Source: a virus (taxonomy: Duplodnaviria > Heunggongvirae > Uroviricota > Caudoviricetes). From it: DNA of 64,000 bases. Shown here piece after piece: positions 48,620-57,549 of the stretch. The notes under the pieces were generated by a model. It had not been told where the DNA came from and made no database searches. It was given only the letters and a program-made list of their open reading frames with translations. A program made the position numbers and the translations under genes. The DNA is taken from the IMG/VR virus record IMGVR_UViG_3300042892_003674. The stretch is one strand, 5' to 3'. Position 1 is the first letter of the stretch. Each line of letters begins with the position of its first letter.

Positions 48620-49370
48620 TATTTATAACTTCATCAATTCTTGCTGTTCTACTCCAAGTTAGTTGGTCTTCTTTCATAAGGGTTGAATTACCATATCTAA
48701 TAATAGTATCTGGTTTATCATTTAGTATCTCACTAAGAATATATTCGATCGTGTATTTATTTCCTGTTTGTTGATACTCATATTTTAAAACAAGATAATC
48801 GATTGAACGATTTGTGACATCTGAAACAACTTCTGATATTTTAAATTTAGGTTCAATAATTAGAAAGATTAAGGCATCTTCAATAAACTTTACATAACCC
48901 ATTATGTCACCTAAATTACCTTCAATCATATAATCATACTTTGTATAGTCTTTTTTATATAAAGTATGGTACTCATTTTTAAAATCAATTGTAAGACTAT
49001 CAAGGTTTATATCACGGTATGTACCAACAGTTTTGCCAAAACCATCATTTAGATAAACTTTAGTTTGTAAATTACTATGTTTGATTATATTGTAGATTTC
49101 ATGAAACTTATCAACCATAGAGTTCTCTATTGAGAAAACTAAGTTATATCTTATATGTGGTTCTTTTACAACATTACCTGAATTATTTGTGTAAAGATTT
49201 CTACCCCAACTTTGTTGTGATACTTCCGGTCTTGTTATATCTGGAGAGTATTCAATTGCAGGAAATATTGTATTTGAATTATATTGTGCTTTGATAAAAA
49301 TACCTAGTTGATGATCTATAAGTCGATCATTCCAAGACATTATTTCTCTATCACTTAGTGATGTTATCAT
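48612..49370 (-). CDS. hypothetical protein with C-terminal R-tag
   Basis: ends RTARIDEVINNE; internal RDINLDSL. Confidence 0.55.
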   Translation of the reverse strand: MITSLSDREIMSWNDRLIDHQLGIFIKAQYNSNTIFPAIEYSPDITRPEVSQQSWGRNLYTNNSGNVVKEPHIRYNLVFSIENSMVDKFHEIYNIIKHSNLQTKVYLNDGFGKTVGTYRDINLDSLTIDFKNEYHTLYKKDYTKYDYMIEGNLGDIMGYVKFIEDALIFLIIEPKFKISEVVSDVTNRSIDYLVLKYEYQQTGNKYTIEYILSEILNDKPDTIIRYGNSTLMKEDQLTWSRTARIDEVINNE

Positions 49371-49421
49371 TTTAAATTAGTTTATTCTATTGTACAATAA
49401 TAATTGTTAAAAGTTTAAATT

Positions 49422-49445
49422 AAAAAATCCTCAATAGAGGATTTT
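49422..49445 (-). terminator. intrinsic terminator
   Basis: AAAATCCTC-AATA-GAGGATTTT. Confidence 0.6.
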
Positions 49446-49523
49446 AATGTAAATTAAATAGTCTTTTTATTTTCATCTTTCTATTATATTTTCTATTAAT
49501 AGATGGGAAATGAGGTAGTGACA

Positions 49524-50099
49524 TTATAGATGCTTACTACTCTTATCTAAGAAATCTTTTTCCTCCGGACTTAATGATTGAATACCATCCTTTAATATTT
49601 TATCTAAGATTAAATCCATATCAAACATTGGTTCCATATCTACATCTTCATCACCTTTAATGATTTTATATTGAACAATACTTCTATCTACCTCAGGAAT
49701 TGAGTCAATTACTTTTTTGTCTTTATGATACTCACCCTCAACCATCATTCTTACTTTTGTGAGTTCAGTAACAATGTTTTTAATGTCTTCTGGAATTAAA
49801 CCTTTTTCTAAACGATTAGTCATTACGAAGTTACCAACTTTAATAGTAACATCTACTCTAACTTTTGACAACTCAATCTTCAAACGTTTTTTGTATTTTA
49901 ATTTGAATAATTCTTCATTACTGATAATCTCAGAATCAGACTTTGATTTGGTTACAAAAAACCCATACGAATAGTAAACATCAATTTTAGAATCATCTAA
50001 TTTTGTATTCAATATTTTTTTATGAATTATTTTAATCCATTTTTTTACTTGTGTGAATTCCTCACAAACTTTTTCAATTTTAGTGTCAATTATATACAT
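49524..50099 (-). CDS. hypothetical protein with C-terminal DUF6576-like helical motif
   Basis: DLILDKILKDGIQSLSPEEKDFL. Confidence 0.6.
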   Translation of the reverse strand: MYIIDTKIEKVCEEFTQVKKWIKIIHKKILNTKLDDSKIDVYYSYGFFVTKSKSDSEIISNEELFKLKYKKRLKIELSKVRVDVTIKVGNFVMTNRLEKGLIPEDIKNIVTELTKVRMMVEGEYHKDKKVIDSIPEVDRSIVQYKIIKGDEDVDMEPMFDMDLILDKILKDGIQSLSPEEKDFLDKSSKHL

Positions 50100-50113
50100 A
50101 GTTTTTCTTTTTT

Positions 50114-50755
50114 TTATCTTCTACCACCAGTTGAACGTCCACCACCAGTTGAAGTTCTTGGTGAACTAGATGGTGTATTAGTTCTCGGAGACTCAGTTCT
50201 TGGTGTAGAGTAAGTTCTCGGAGTATTTGGAGTATTATTAGTTCTCGGAGACTCAGTTCTTGGTGTAGAGTAAGTTCTCGGAGTATTTGGAGTATTATTA
50301 GTTCTCGGAGACTCAGTTCTTGGTGTAGAGTAAGTTCTCGGAGTATTATAGTTATTATTTTGTCTTGGTTGTGTGATTACACCGCCTCTACGTCCAGGTG
50401 AGTAGTAATATTGGTTATTACCAAAATGGTATGGTCTTGGAAAGCCATAATATGATTGATAATAGTTTGTATAGTAAAAATTATATGGATAATAATTGTA
50501 GTGATTATATCCAAAGTAATTATTATAGTAGTAGTTTGTATAGGGCCAGTGGTTAGTATAAATGTTATTTGGGTGTAGATAACTATTATACCAATAAGGG
50601 TTATTATTATAACTATAAACAATAGTTAGTGTTGGACTTACCGTAGGAGAGTTAGAAAAGTAGTTTGGTCTTTCTTCTTCTCTTACATAAGTAGAAGTAG
50701 TTGTACAAGAGATTGATAACATAGTTATCAAAAGTAAAATTAGAAATTTTTTCAT
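50114..50755 (-). CDS. Tyr/Asn-rich lipoprotein with Pro/Arg/Thr repeat tail
   Basis: MKKFLILLLITMLSISC lipobox; low-complexity body; ends GGGRSTGGRR, a style common in Bacteroidota lipoproteins. Confidence 0.7.
   Translation of the reverse strand: MKKFLILLLITMLSISCTTTSTYVREEERPNYFSNSPTVSPTLTIVYSYNNNPYWYNSYLHPNNIYTNHWPYTNYYYNNYFGYNHYNYYPYNFYYTNYYQSYYGFPRPYHFGNNQYYYSPGRRGGVITQPRQNNNYNTPRTYSTPRTESPRTNNTPNTPRTYSTPRTESPRTNNTPNTPRTYSTPRTESPRTNTPSSSPRTSTGGGRSTGGRR
50176..50347. repeat. 60-bp perfect tandem repeat, about 2.9 copies, in frame
   Basis: Lines 50221 and 50281 are identical; unit encodes NTPRTYSTPRTESPRTNNTP. Confidence 0.95.
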
Positions 50756-50805
50756 ATGATTTTATATTTTTCTATTATATATTTTATTATTATTTATTCA
50801 AAAGT

Positions 50806-51273
50806 TTAAACTAATAAACATAATTGATAATCTCTACCAATAGAGATTTCATTTTTCCAAGTATCTAGTCTCCTAACGAGATTAGTGTGTAAGTGATTGT
50901 ATAATTCTCTGTTTATTCTTTCTGGTGAACCAACTAACTCCTCAAATAGTGTGATTAAGTCAGATGTCATCCACACTCCATCCATACTTCTAATAAAGAA
51001 ATGTTTCTCATTGGCTCTAATAATAAAGTTGATAATATCTTTCATTTCAATATAAATGTGATCATTGACATGCCATTTATCTCTCCATTGATTAACTTGT
51101 GGATCTAATATTGATTCTAAAGTTTTATCATAAGAGATAGGTTTGGGTCTAAATCCAATATATTTATCCCACTTCTCTTTAATATAAGAAGGATCACAAT
51201 CAATGAAGTCATTATGTGATTTGTGGAATGCGAAGCTGAACCTAATAAGGTTGTCGATTTGATTTTTGTTCAT
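50806..51273 (-). CDS. hypothetical protein with C-terminal R-tag
   Basis: ATG at 51273 (MNKNQ...); ends RDYQLCLLV. Confidence 0.55.
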   Translation of the reverse strand: MNKNQIDNLIRFSFAFHKSHNDFIDCDPSYIKEKWDKYIGFRPKPISYDKTLESILDPQVNQWRDKWHVNDHIYIEMKDIINFIIRANEKHFFIRSMDGVWMTSDLITLFEELVGSPERINRELYNHLHTNLVRRLDTWKNEISIGRDYQLCLLV

Positions 51274-51320
51274 AATAAACAAATATAGGAATAAAATATA
51301 TAATAACAAAAAGTTTTATA

Positions 51321-52214
51321 ATGAAAATAAAGCATAAAGTAATAAAAGAGTTTCAATACCTTAGTCCTGATAAGAAAATATTTATTCTTAAACTAGGAAC
51401 TATTCTTGAAGACTATATTTATAAAGTAAAAACTGAACTTATACCAATTGATAAAGATATTATTGATAATAATCCGGACTTCTTTATTGTAATCGACTGG
51501 AAAGCAGAGTTACTTACTTATCTTAAAACTAATAAGATACCTCAACCCGCAGTTTTAAGTAAGAAATTATTCCCATTTATTGAAGAATTTATACTTTCAT
51601 CGGTTACTCAACAATCTGGTCCAGTATTAGATGAATCTAAATTGAGAGAATTAGATGATAAAGAGTTTGACTTGAATAGAAGAGAAAAAAGAATTAAAGA
51701 AAAGGAAGATGATTTAGAATCTCGAATTGATAAAATTGAAAAGAGAGAGAATGAGTATAAGACAGATGTTAGACTTTTGGATAAAAGAGAAGATGATATA
51801 AGACAAAGATCTACTGAACTAACTAATAAGGAATTAGATTTTCAAGAAAAACAACAAGAACTTAGTGAGAGAGAGCGTAATATTGAAAGTGAAATATTAG
51901 CAGCATCAAAAGATATGGATGGTAAATATTTAGAGCTTCAACAAAAAGTTGATGAAGATATTAAATCGGTAAATGAAAAGGAAAATAAGTTAGAGGTTGA
52001 ACTGAGAGAGTTAAATCAATCAAAAGAAGAATTTGAGGAATACAAATTAGAAGTTGAAAGATATAGTACTTACCTCAGTGATAAAGTATCTGAGCTTACT
52101 AATTGGAAAAATATGGTTGAGCCTAATATAAATTATGCACATCTATCTAGTTTTGGAATCAATGTTCCTCCTTTCCCATTATTAGATTTTAAAGAAATAA
52201 AAAAGACATCATAA
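51321..52214 (+). CDS. long coiled-coil protein
   Basis: 297 aa; E/K/R-rich heptad region. Confidence 0.6.
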   Translation: MKIKHKVIKEFQYLSPDKKIFILKLGTILEDYIYKVKTELIPIDKDIIDNNPDFFIVIDWKAELLTYLKTNKIPQPAVLSKKLFPFIEEFILSSVTQQSGPVLDESKLRELDDKEFDLNRREKRIKEKEDDLESRIDKIEKRENEYKTDVRLLDKREDDIRQRSTELTNKELDFQEKQQELSERERNIESEILAASKDMDGKYLELQQKVDEDIKSVNEKENKLEVELRELNQSKEEFEEYKLEVERYSTYLSDKVSELTNWKNMVEPNINYAHLSSFGINVPPFPLLDFKEIKKTS

Positions 52215-52229
52215 GATGTCTTTTTTTTT
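52199..52229. terminator. bidirectional intrinsic terminator
   Basis: AAAAAAGACATC-ATAA-GATGTCTTTTTT. Confidence 0.85.
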
Positions 52230-52230
52230 A

Positions 52231-52611
52231 TTAGAATGGTACAGAGTTCTCTACCGAGAGTTTTTCTTTAAGCTTAACCAGATTAAAAATCTGTGTGTTA
52301 TTATAATTATAAAATCTAAATCGAGTTCTGACCATCCACTCTAAATTCTTAATTCGTTTATTACAGTGATGAATATACATAACATTATATCGTAACCTGC
52401 TTGCTTCAATAAGTGCATAATCTTTCCTAGCTAAAACAGTGGCTACATCAACACCCGGATAATCTCTTTTGATTATCACTTTGAATTTTTCGACTCTTTC
52501 CTTTAACTCATGTATAAGATCAACTATACAAAGTTCTTTCAGTTTGTCACCTATGTTTCTATCTACAAGATTTGCTACGTTATTATATTTTAAAGTATTC
52601 CCGGTCGTCAT
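52231..52611 (-). CDS. hypothetical protein
   Basis: 126 aa; TACTTTTG element at 52628-52635 upstream. Confidence 0.5.
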   Translation of the reverse strand: MTTGNTLKYNNVANLVDRNIGDKLKELCIVDLIHELKERVEKFKVIIKRDYPGVDVATVLARKDYALIEASRLRYNVMYIHHCNKRIKNLEWMVRTRFRFYNYNNTQIFNLVKLKEKLSVENSVPF

Positions 52612-52647
52612 TTGATTTAATTTTCTACAAAAGTAAATATACTTTTT

Positions 52648-52893
52648 TTAATTTCCTAATATTTGATTTAATTTTTCTTCTCTTATTTCGTCTATTGTTT
52701 CAAAATAGTTAGTAAAGTTTTCCTCAGTGCCAATCCAATCACAAAAATCAAATTGGTAAATCTTTACTCCTTCTTCGTGTTGTCTTAATAAGACAACATA
52801 GTATTCACCTTCTTCAAATTGAAAGTATGGTTGTGTTAAGTTCCAATAGAAACTTTCCTTACATCTACATCTTTCTTTACTTATCTCCTTCAT
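52648..52893 (-). CDS. hypothetical protein with C-terminal R-tag
   Basis: ends REEKLNQILGN. Confidence 0.6.
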   Translation of the reverse strand: MKEISKERCRCKESFYWNLTQPYFQFEEGEYYVVLLRQHEEGVKIYQFDFCDWIGTEENFTNYFETIDEIREEKLNQILGN

Positions 52894-53260
52894 TTAATAC
52901 ATTTTCTATTTTTAAATTTCTTTTATATTGTAAAGTTACATCATCAAAAATAAATGAGTTTAAATCAATCATTTCTTTACTTAGAATAGTTTCCTGTTCT
53001 ATATCAATTTTTTCATCATCACTTATGTAAAAATCTAAATAAGTATAAGTAGTTGTTGTTTGATGTGATTTAAAGAAACGAGTACAAATGATGTCACCTT
53101 TTTTTAAATCTAATGTATAGGTTAAATCATCCCAATCATTTATATTACGTAAGTCTCTTTCTCTAGCATTGTCCAATACAGATATAGTAAAGTCATTCAA
53201 CATTTCATAATAATGAAATTGTTGATACTTCTCATGAATATATCTTGGTAAGTATTCCAT
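52877..53260 (-). CDS. hypothetical protein with C-terminal R-tag
   Basis: ends RNLKIENVLNEGDK. Confidence 0.6.
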   Translation of the reverse strand: MEYLPRYIHEKYQQFHYYEMLNDFTISVLDNARERDLRNINDWDDLTYTLDLKKGDIICTRFFKSHQTTTTYTYLDFYISDDEKIDIEQETILSKEMIDLNSFIFDDVTLQYKRNLKIENVLNEGDK

Positions 53261-53418
53261 TAAAGTTCTTTCTCTTTGTTTCTATTATCAATAACAACTC
53301 TTTTACAACCATCACAAACAACGACTGGTCCTTCTTTTGTCATTACAACTTTTCTTAAACACTCTCCTTCACAGAAAGTAGTTCCAACTGGAGCGTATTT
53401 TCTTAATTCTTTATCCAT
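53260..53418 (-). CDS. 52-aa putative zinc-ribbon protein (not in ORF track)
   Basis: MDKELRKYAPVGTTFCEGECLRKVVMTKEGPVVVCDGCKRVVIDNRNKEKEL*; stop overlaps next ATG; TATATTTG promoter at 53433-53440. Confidence 0.7.
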   Translation of the reverse strand: MDKELRKYAPVGTTFCEGECLRKVVMTKEGPVVVCDGCKRVVIDNRNKEKEL

Positions 53419-53465
53419 ATTATAAATTTTTACAAATATAAGAATAATTTATCAATATATAAAAT

Positions 53466-53705
53466 ATGGAGGATTTTTTATTGAAGAATGGATTTTTATA
53501 TGTAAAAGATTTTGATGAATGGGAAAAGAAAACATTCGAGGGTAAGATGATTGTTTTTAAGAGAAATTTAATTAGTAGATGGATATTATCATATGAAGAT
53601 GGTGATAATTATTTACATGAATTAAAGTCTGGAAGTGAGGATGATGTGTTACTTTCAATTAAAGAATATGAGAGAGATAGAAAGATTAGAGAGATTTTAG
53701 GATAA
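53466..53705 (+). CDS. hypothetical protein with C-terminal R-tag
   Basis: ends RDRKIREILG. Confidence 0.6.
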   Translation: MEDFLLKNGFLYVKDFDEWEKKTFEGKMIVFKRNLISRWILSYEDGDNYLHELKSGSEDDVLLSIKEYERDRKIREILG

Positions 53706-53755
53706 ACAAAGAAAAATTTTTTACTATATATAAGACAAAAAATCAAGTTTTATAA

Positions 53756-55594
53756 ATGTCAATAGATAAAAAATACCAAAAACTCGATGATATATCTCAC
53801 GTTATTGCTAGACCCGGAATGTATATCGGTTCTATTAAACCACACACTGCAACTAAATGGGTGTTAGATAACGACAAGATGGTTCAACAAGAACTAACTT
53901 ACAATCCAGGATTTCTTAAAATTTTTGATGAGATTATTACAAACTCTGTCGATGAGAGTAAGAGAGCTGGTTCTAAACTAACTACCGTTAAGGTTACAAT
54001 AAAAGATAATACTATCTCAATCTGGGATAACGGTGGAATACCCGTAGTTAAACACACAGAACATAACGAATGGATTCCTGAAATGATTTTCTCAAATCTT
54101 AAATCTGGTTCTAACTTTGATGATACAGAAGAAAGATCTTGGGCAGGAACAAATGGTGTGGGTTCTACACTAACAAATATTTACTCTAATGAATTTATCA
54201 TTTCTACTTGTGATGGTAAAAATCATTTCTATCAAACTTATAAAAATAATATGAGAGATAGAGTTGAAGCAAAAATTAAAAAATCAAAAGTAGCTCATAC
54301 TGAAATTACTTTTAAACCTGACTTTGAAAAGTTTGCACTAGATGGAATTGATCAAGATCACTTTAAAATGATTCAGAAAAGAATATATGATTTAGCGGCT
54401 TGTAATACACACTTAAAAATATATTTCAATAATGATTTGGTAAACCTTAATTCATTTGAAGATTATATCAAGCTATATGTTACTGAATACTTTTATGAAA
54501 CTAATAAAGATAAGACTTGGTCAATTGCAATAGCTCTTTCAGAGAATGGATTTCAACAGATTAGTTTTGCTAACTCAACAGAAACTTATGATGGTGGAAC
54601 TCACGTTGATTATATAATGAACCAAATTGTAGTAGAGTTAAGAGAGTTCTTTGTGAAGAAACATAAAGTCGATATAAAACCATCAGAGTTAAAGAGTCAT
54701 ATGTTTCTATTCTTGGATTCAACGGTTATCAACCCTTCATTCTCTTCACAAACAAAAGAGAAACTTATTACAGAGGTAAAAGACTTTGGTTGTTCATTTG
54801 AAGTTAGTAAGAAGCTTACTCAATTGATTTTAAAATCGGAAATAGTAAATTCTATTTTAGATTGGATTCAACAAAAGAAAAGTGCTGATGATAATAAATT
54901 ACAAAGAGAGTTAAATAAAAAACTATCTAAGATTAAGGTTGAGAAACTAATTGATGCTAAAGGTAAAGATCGTTGGAAGTGTTCACTAGGATTGTTCGAG
55001 GGAGATTCTGCATCAGGTGCTTTTAGAAAGTATAGGTCACCAGAAACAATGGGTGCGTTCTCTTTGAAAGGAAAGTTTATAAATGTATCTGAGATTACTA
55101 ATCAAAAATTAGTTCAAAATACAGAAGCGGTAAACTTAATGGCGGCAATTGGTTTAAAATTAGGACAACAAATTGAGTTAAAACATCTAAGATATGGTAA
55201 GATACTTTTCTATACTGATGCTGATGTCGATGGAAATAGTATTTCTGCGTTACTTATCAATTTCTTTTACAAGTATTGGCCAGAGATTTTTGATAGAGGA
55301 ATGATTTACAAAGTTGAAACACCTATTGTTGTTGCGGTTCCAAAATCTAAGAAGGTTAAGAAGATACTTTTCTATACACAGACCGAGTATAATGAATGGG
55401 CCGATAAGAATGATCTTAAAAACTTTGAAATTAAGTATAAGAAAGGTTTAGCTGCGTTAGTTGATGATGAGTATCAAGACATTATCAATAGCCCAAGAAT
55501 GACTAAAATATCAAAAGATGAAATTTCAACTGAGTATTTAGATATATGGTTTGGTAAAAACGCAGATTTAAGAAAAACAGAATTATTAAAATAA
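53756..55594 (+). CDS. type IIA DNA topoisomerase, ATPase+TOPRIM subunit (T4 gp39+60 / GyrB-like)
   Basis: RPGMYIGS, EIITNSVD, GTNGVG, GGTHV, EGDSA, LKGK, TDADVDG, YKKGL. Confidence 0.93.
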   Translation: MSIDKKYQKLDDISHVIARPGMYIGSIKPHTATKWVLDNDKMVQQELTYNPGFLKIFDEIITNSVDESKRAGSKLTTVKVTIKDNTISIWDNGGIPVVKHTEHNEWIPEMIFSNLKSGSNFDDTEERSWAGTNGVGSTLTNIYSNEFIISTCDGKNHFYQTYKNNMRDRVEAKIKKSKVAHTEITFKPDFEKFALDGIDQDHFKMIQKRIYDLAACNTHLKIYFNNDLVNLNSFEDYIKLYVTEYFYETNKDKTWSIAIALSENGFQQISFANSTETYDGGTHVDYIMNQIVVELREFFVKKHKVDIKPSELKSHMFLFLDSTVINPSFSSQTKEKLITEVKDFGCSFEVSKKLTQLILKSEIVNSILDWIQQKKSADDNKLQRELNKKLSKIKVEKLIDAKGKDRWKCSLGLFEGDSASGAFRKYRSPETMGAFSLKGKFINVSEITNQKLVQNTEAVNLMAAIGLKLGQQIELKHLRYGKILFYTDADVDGNSISALLINFFYKYWPEIFDRGMIYKVETPIVVAVPKSKKVKKILFYTQTEYNEWADKNDLKNFEIKYKKGLAALVDDEYQDIINSPRMTKISKDEISTEYLDIWFGKNADLRKTELLK

Positions 55595-55843
55595 ATGGAT
55601 ATAATAATTAAATATCATGAAAAAACATCTGGTGAAAATCAGATGTTTCTTTTAGATTTAACTAAACATTATCAAATTGTGCCAATAAATACCCCACAAT
55701 CAAAAGTAGATTTATCTAAATATGATGGTAAAATTGTTTATGGTATTTTTGAAGGATATGGACGTATTGATGGTAACTCTATTTTTATAATAGATACTTT
55801 ACAAATAGATAGAGATTTAAAAATAAATGAGATTTTAGAATAA
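55595..55843 (+). CDS. hypothetical protein with C-terminal R-tag
   Basis: ends RDLKINEILE. Confidence 0.6.
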   Translation: MDIIIKYHEKTSGENQMFLLDLTKHYQIVPINTPQSKVDLSKYDGKIVYGIFEGYGRIDGNSIFIIDTLQIDRDLKINEILE

Positions 55844-56163
55844 TGAGAGATCGTGCCTGGAGAAGATATAAACAAGATGTGAAGTTGTTACAACGCCTTC
55901 ATAATATTATATTTACCTATGGTTGGGGTCATAAAGATGAGAATGGAGTATATCTCGTAAATCCCTCAATAAAAAGTTTTATAGGTTCTGATTTATATTG
56001 TAAGTTTAAAACACACACAACTGATAGACACGACTCTCGTTATAAAACAAAATACTCACCAAATAAACAAAACTCTTACTACCGTGATAATAACAAAGAT
56101 GGTAGAAGAGAATTAGATAAAGTTATTTTTTTTAAAATGTTAAAAGAATATGGAATTAAGTAA
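55843..56163 (+). CDS. basic hypothetical protein
   Basis: 106 aa, coupled ORF. Confidence 0.5.
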   Translation: MRDRAWRRYKQDVKLLQRLHNIIFTYGWGHKDENGVYLVNPSIKSFIGSDLYCKFKTHTTDRHDSRYKTKYSPNKQNSYYRDNNKDGRRELDKVIFFKMLKEYGIK

Positions 56164-56671
56164 TCTAATACCAAATAAATCAGATGATTGGAATATAAAA
56201 AAAGGAACTCTTTTTTATAAGAAACTCCAAAATATACCAATGGCTAAAATTGATGATGAGATAGTTTATGTTTTTTTAGAATGTTCTATACCAAGAGTAG
56301 TAATTGATTTAGTTAAACATCTTATGAAGATTGGGGTAGAGTTTTACTTTCTACCACCATCTTGGTCACATCCAGCTACCATTATTGATAACTCTATTGT
56401 AATAAAACATTACTTCACATCTTATTCAAAAGACAAGTTTTTTATAGGTTTTAATAAGATAGGTTTTGATATGATGGGTAACCTAGTGAATTGGTGTAAG
56501 AAAGAAGATTGTATTCCTTTGATAAAAGAGAATTATAATGAGATAAATAAAAAAGTTCAAAAGACTTATTACGATTGGTATGTGAATAAGGAAGTAAGTA
56601 GTTATTCTGATGATATAAGAGAAGAGTTTAGAACTTTATATCGTGATATACAAATCTCTATGATTTTATAA
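56150..56671 (+). CDS. hypothetical protein with C-terminal R-tag
   Basis: ends RDIQISMIL. Confidence 0.55.
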   Translation: MELSNLIPNKSDDWNIKKGTLFYKKLQNIPMAKIDDEIVYVFLECSIPRVVIDLVKHLMKIGVEFYFLPPSWSHPATIIDNSIVIKHYFTSYSKDKFFIGFNKIGFDMMGNLVNWCKKEDCIPLIKENYNEINKKVQKTYYDWYVNKEVSSYSDDIREEFRTLYRDIQISMIL

Positions 56672-56715
56672 CTTATCGATTATTTTGAATATAAAGAAAA
56701 AATAACTAACTTAAA

Positions 56716-57096
56716 ATGGCTAAAAAATGGACAACAAATACAACTGCTAATGCTAATACTTCAATCGGTACTTCAATCGGTTATGCAGCGGGTACTAATA
56801 ATAATATAATAATGGCAAATGGAACTGTAGCCATAGGATCTGGAGTGTATTCTGGAACTTCTGCAACTATAACACCACAAAAAGTAACTTATCATGTATT
56901 AGGTGAAGATATAGAAGTAAGTGGCTACTATGATACAAATCTTATTATGATTATAGCAACTTTAAATATATTAAAGAAACCTTATTATGATGAATTAAAA
57001 AAGAATAGGTTTAAATTTCCAGAAGAAATAGACAATTGTTTAAGAATTGGATTCAGAGATAATTTAATTGATGATTTAATGAAACCTAATTTTTAA
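56716..57096 (+). CDS. hypothetical protein with C-terminal R-tag
   Basis: Thr/Gly/Ala-rich N-terminus; ends RDNLIDDLMKPNF. Confidence 0.55.
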   Translation: MAKKWTTNTTANANTSIGTSIGYAAGTNNNIIMANGTVAIGSGVYSGTSATITPQKVTYHVLGEDIEVSGYYDTNLIMIIATLNILKKPYYDELKKNRFKFPEEIDNCLRIGFRDNLIDDLMKPNF

Positions 57097-57478
57097 CCCT
57101 TTCTGGCCAGGTTTTATGAGTAAATCTTATAAGAAAAACATTTGGTACAAATCCTTGAGTAAATTGTTTATACTCTATTAAATAATCTGGATATTCTATT
57201 TTTACTTTTTTAACACACTCTTCAACATCTAAATATAGTTTTTGAGTTTCATATCCACAAGTAGTAAATGGTGTAATGTCTTGAAAGTATGAGTTTGCAA
57301 AATTCTTAACTTCTGGCATAGGTACATTAAAAGATAAATCTATTAGTTTGTCTGTTCCAAATCTTTCTAACTTACGAAAACGTTCACTCTCGATTAAATC
57401 GATGAAACACATTTCGATATACTCTACATCGATTTTTTCAGTATTTGATTCTGTTATGAGCTTTTTTAAGTATTTCAT
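57086..57478 (-). CDS. hypothetical protein with capsid-targeting-like leader
   Basis: starts MKYLKKLITES; TAATATATA immediately upstream. Confidence 0.6.
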   Translation of the reverse strand: MKYLKKLITESNTEKIDVEYIEMCFIDLIESERFRKLERFGTDKLIDLSFNVPMPEVKNFANSYFQDITPFTTCGYETQKLYLDVEECVKKVKIEYPDYLIEYKQFTQGFVPNVFLIRFTHKTWPERVKN

Positions 57479-57549
57479 AACTTATATATTAAAAAGTCTT
57501 ACAACATAAGTGTTATTTTCTATATAAATAAAAAATAAGATAAAACTAC

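Noticed and set aside
50176-50347. Direct repeats as a possible CRISPR array
   Set aside because: The units are identical with no unique spacers and lie in frame inside a lipoprotein CDS.
53756-55594. Intron, intein or gp60-style translational bypass in the topoisomerase
   Set aside because: The ORF is continuous from ATPase through TOPRIM with normal length and no insertion.
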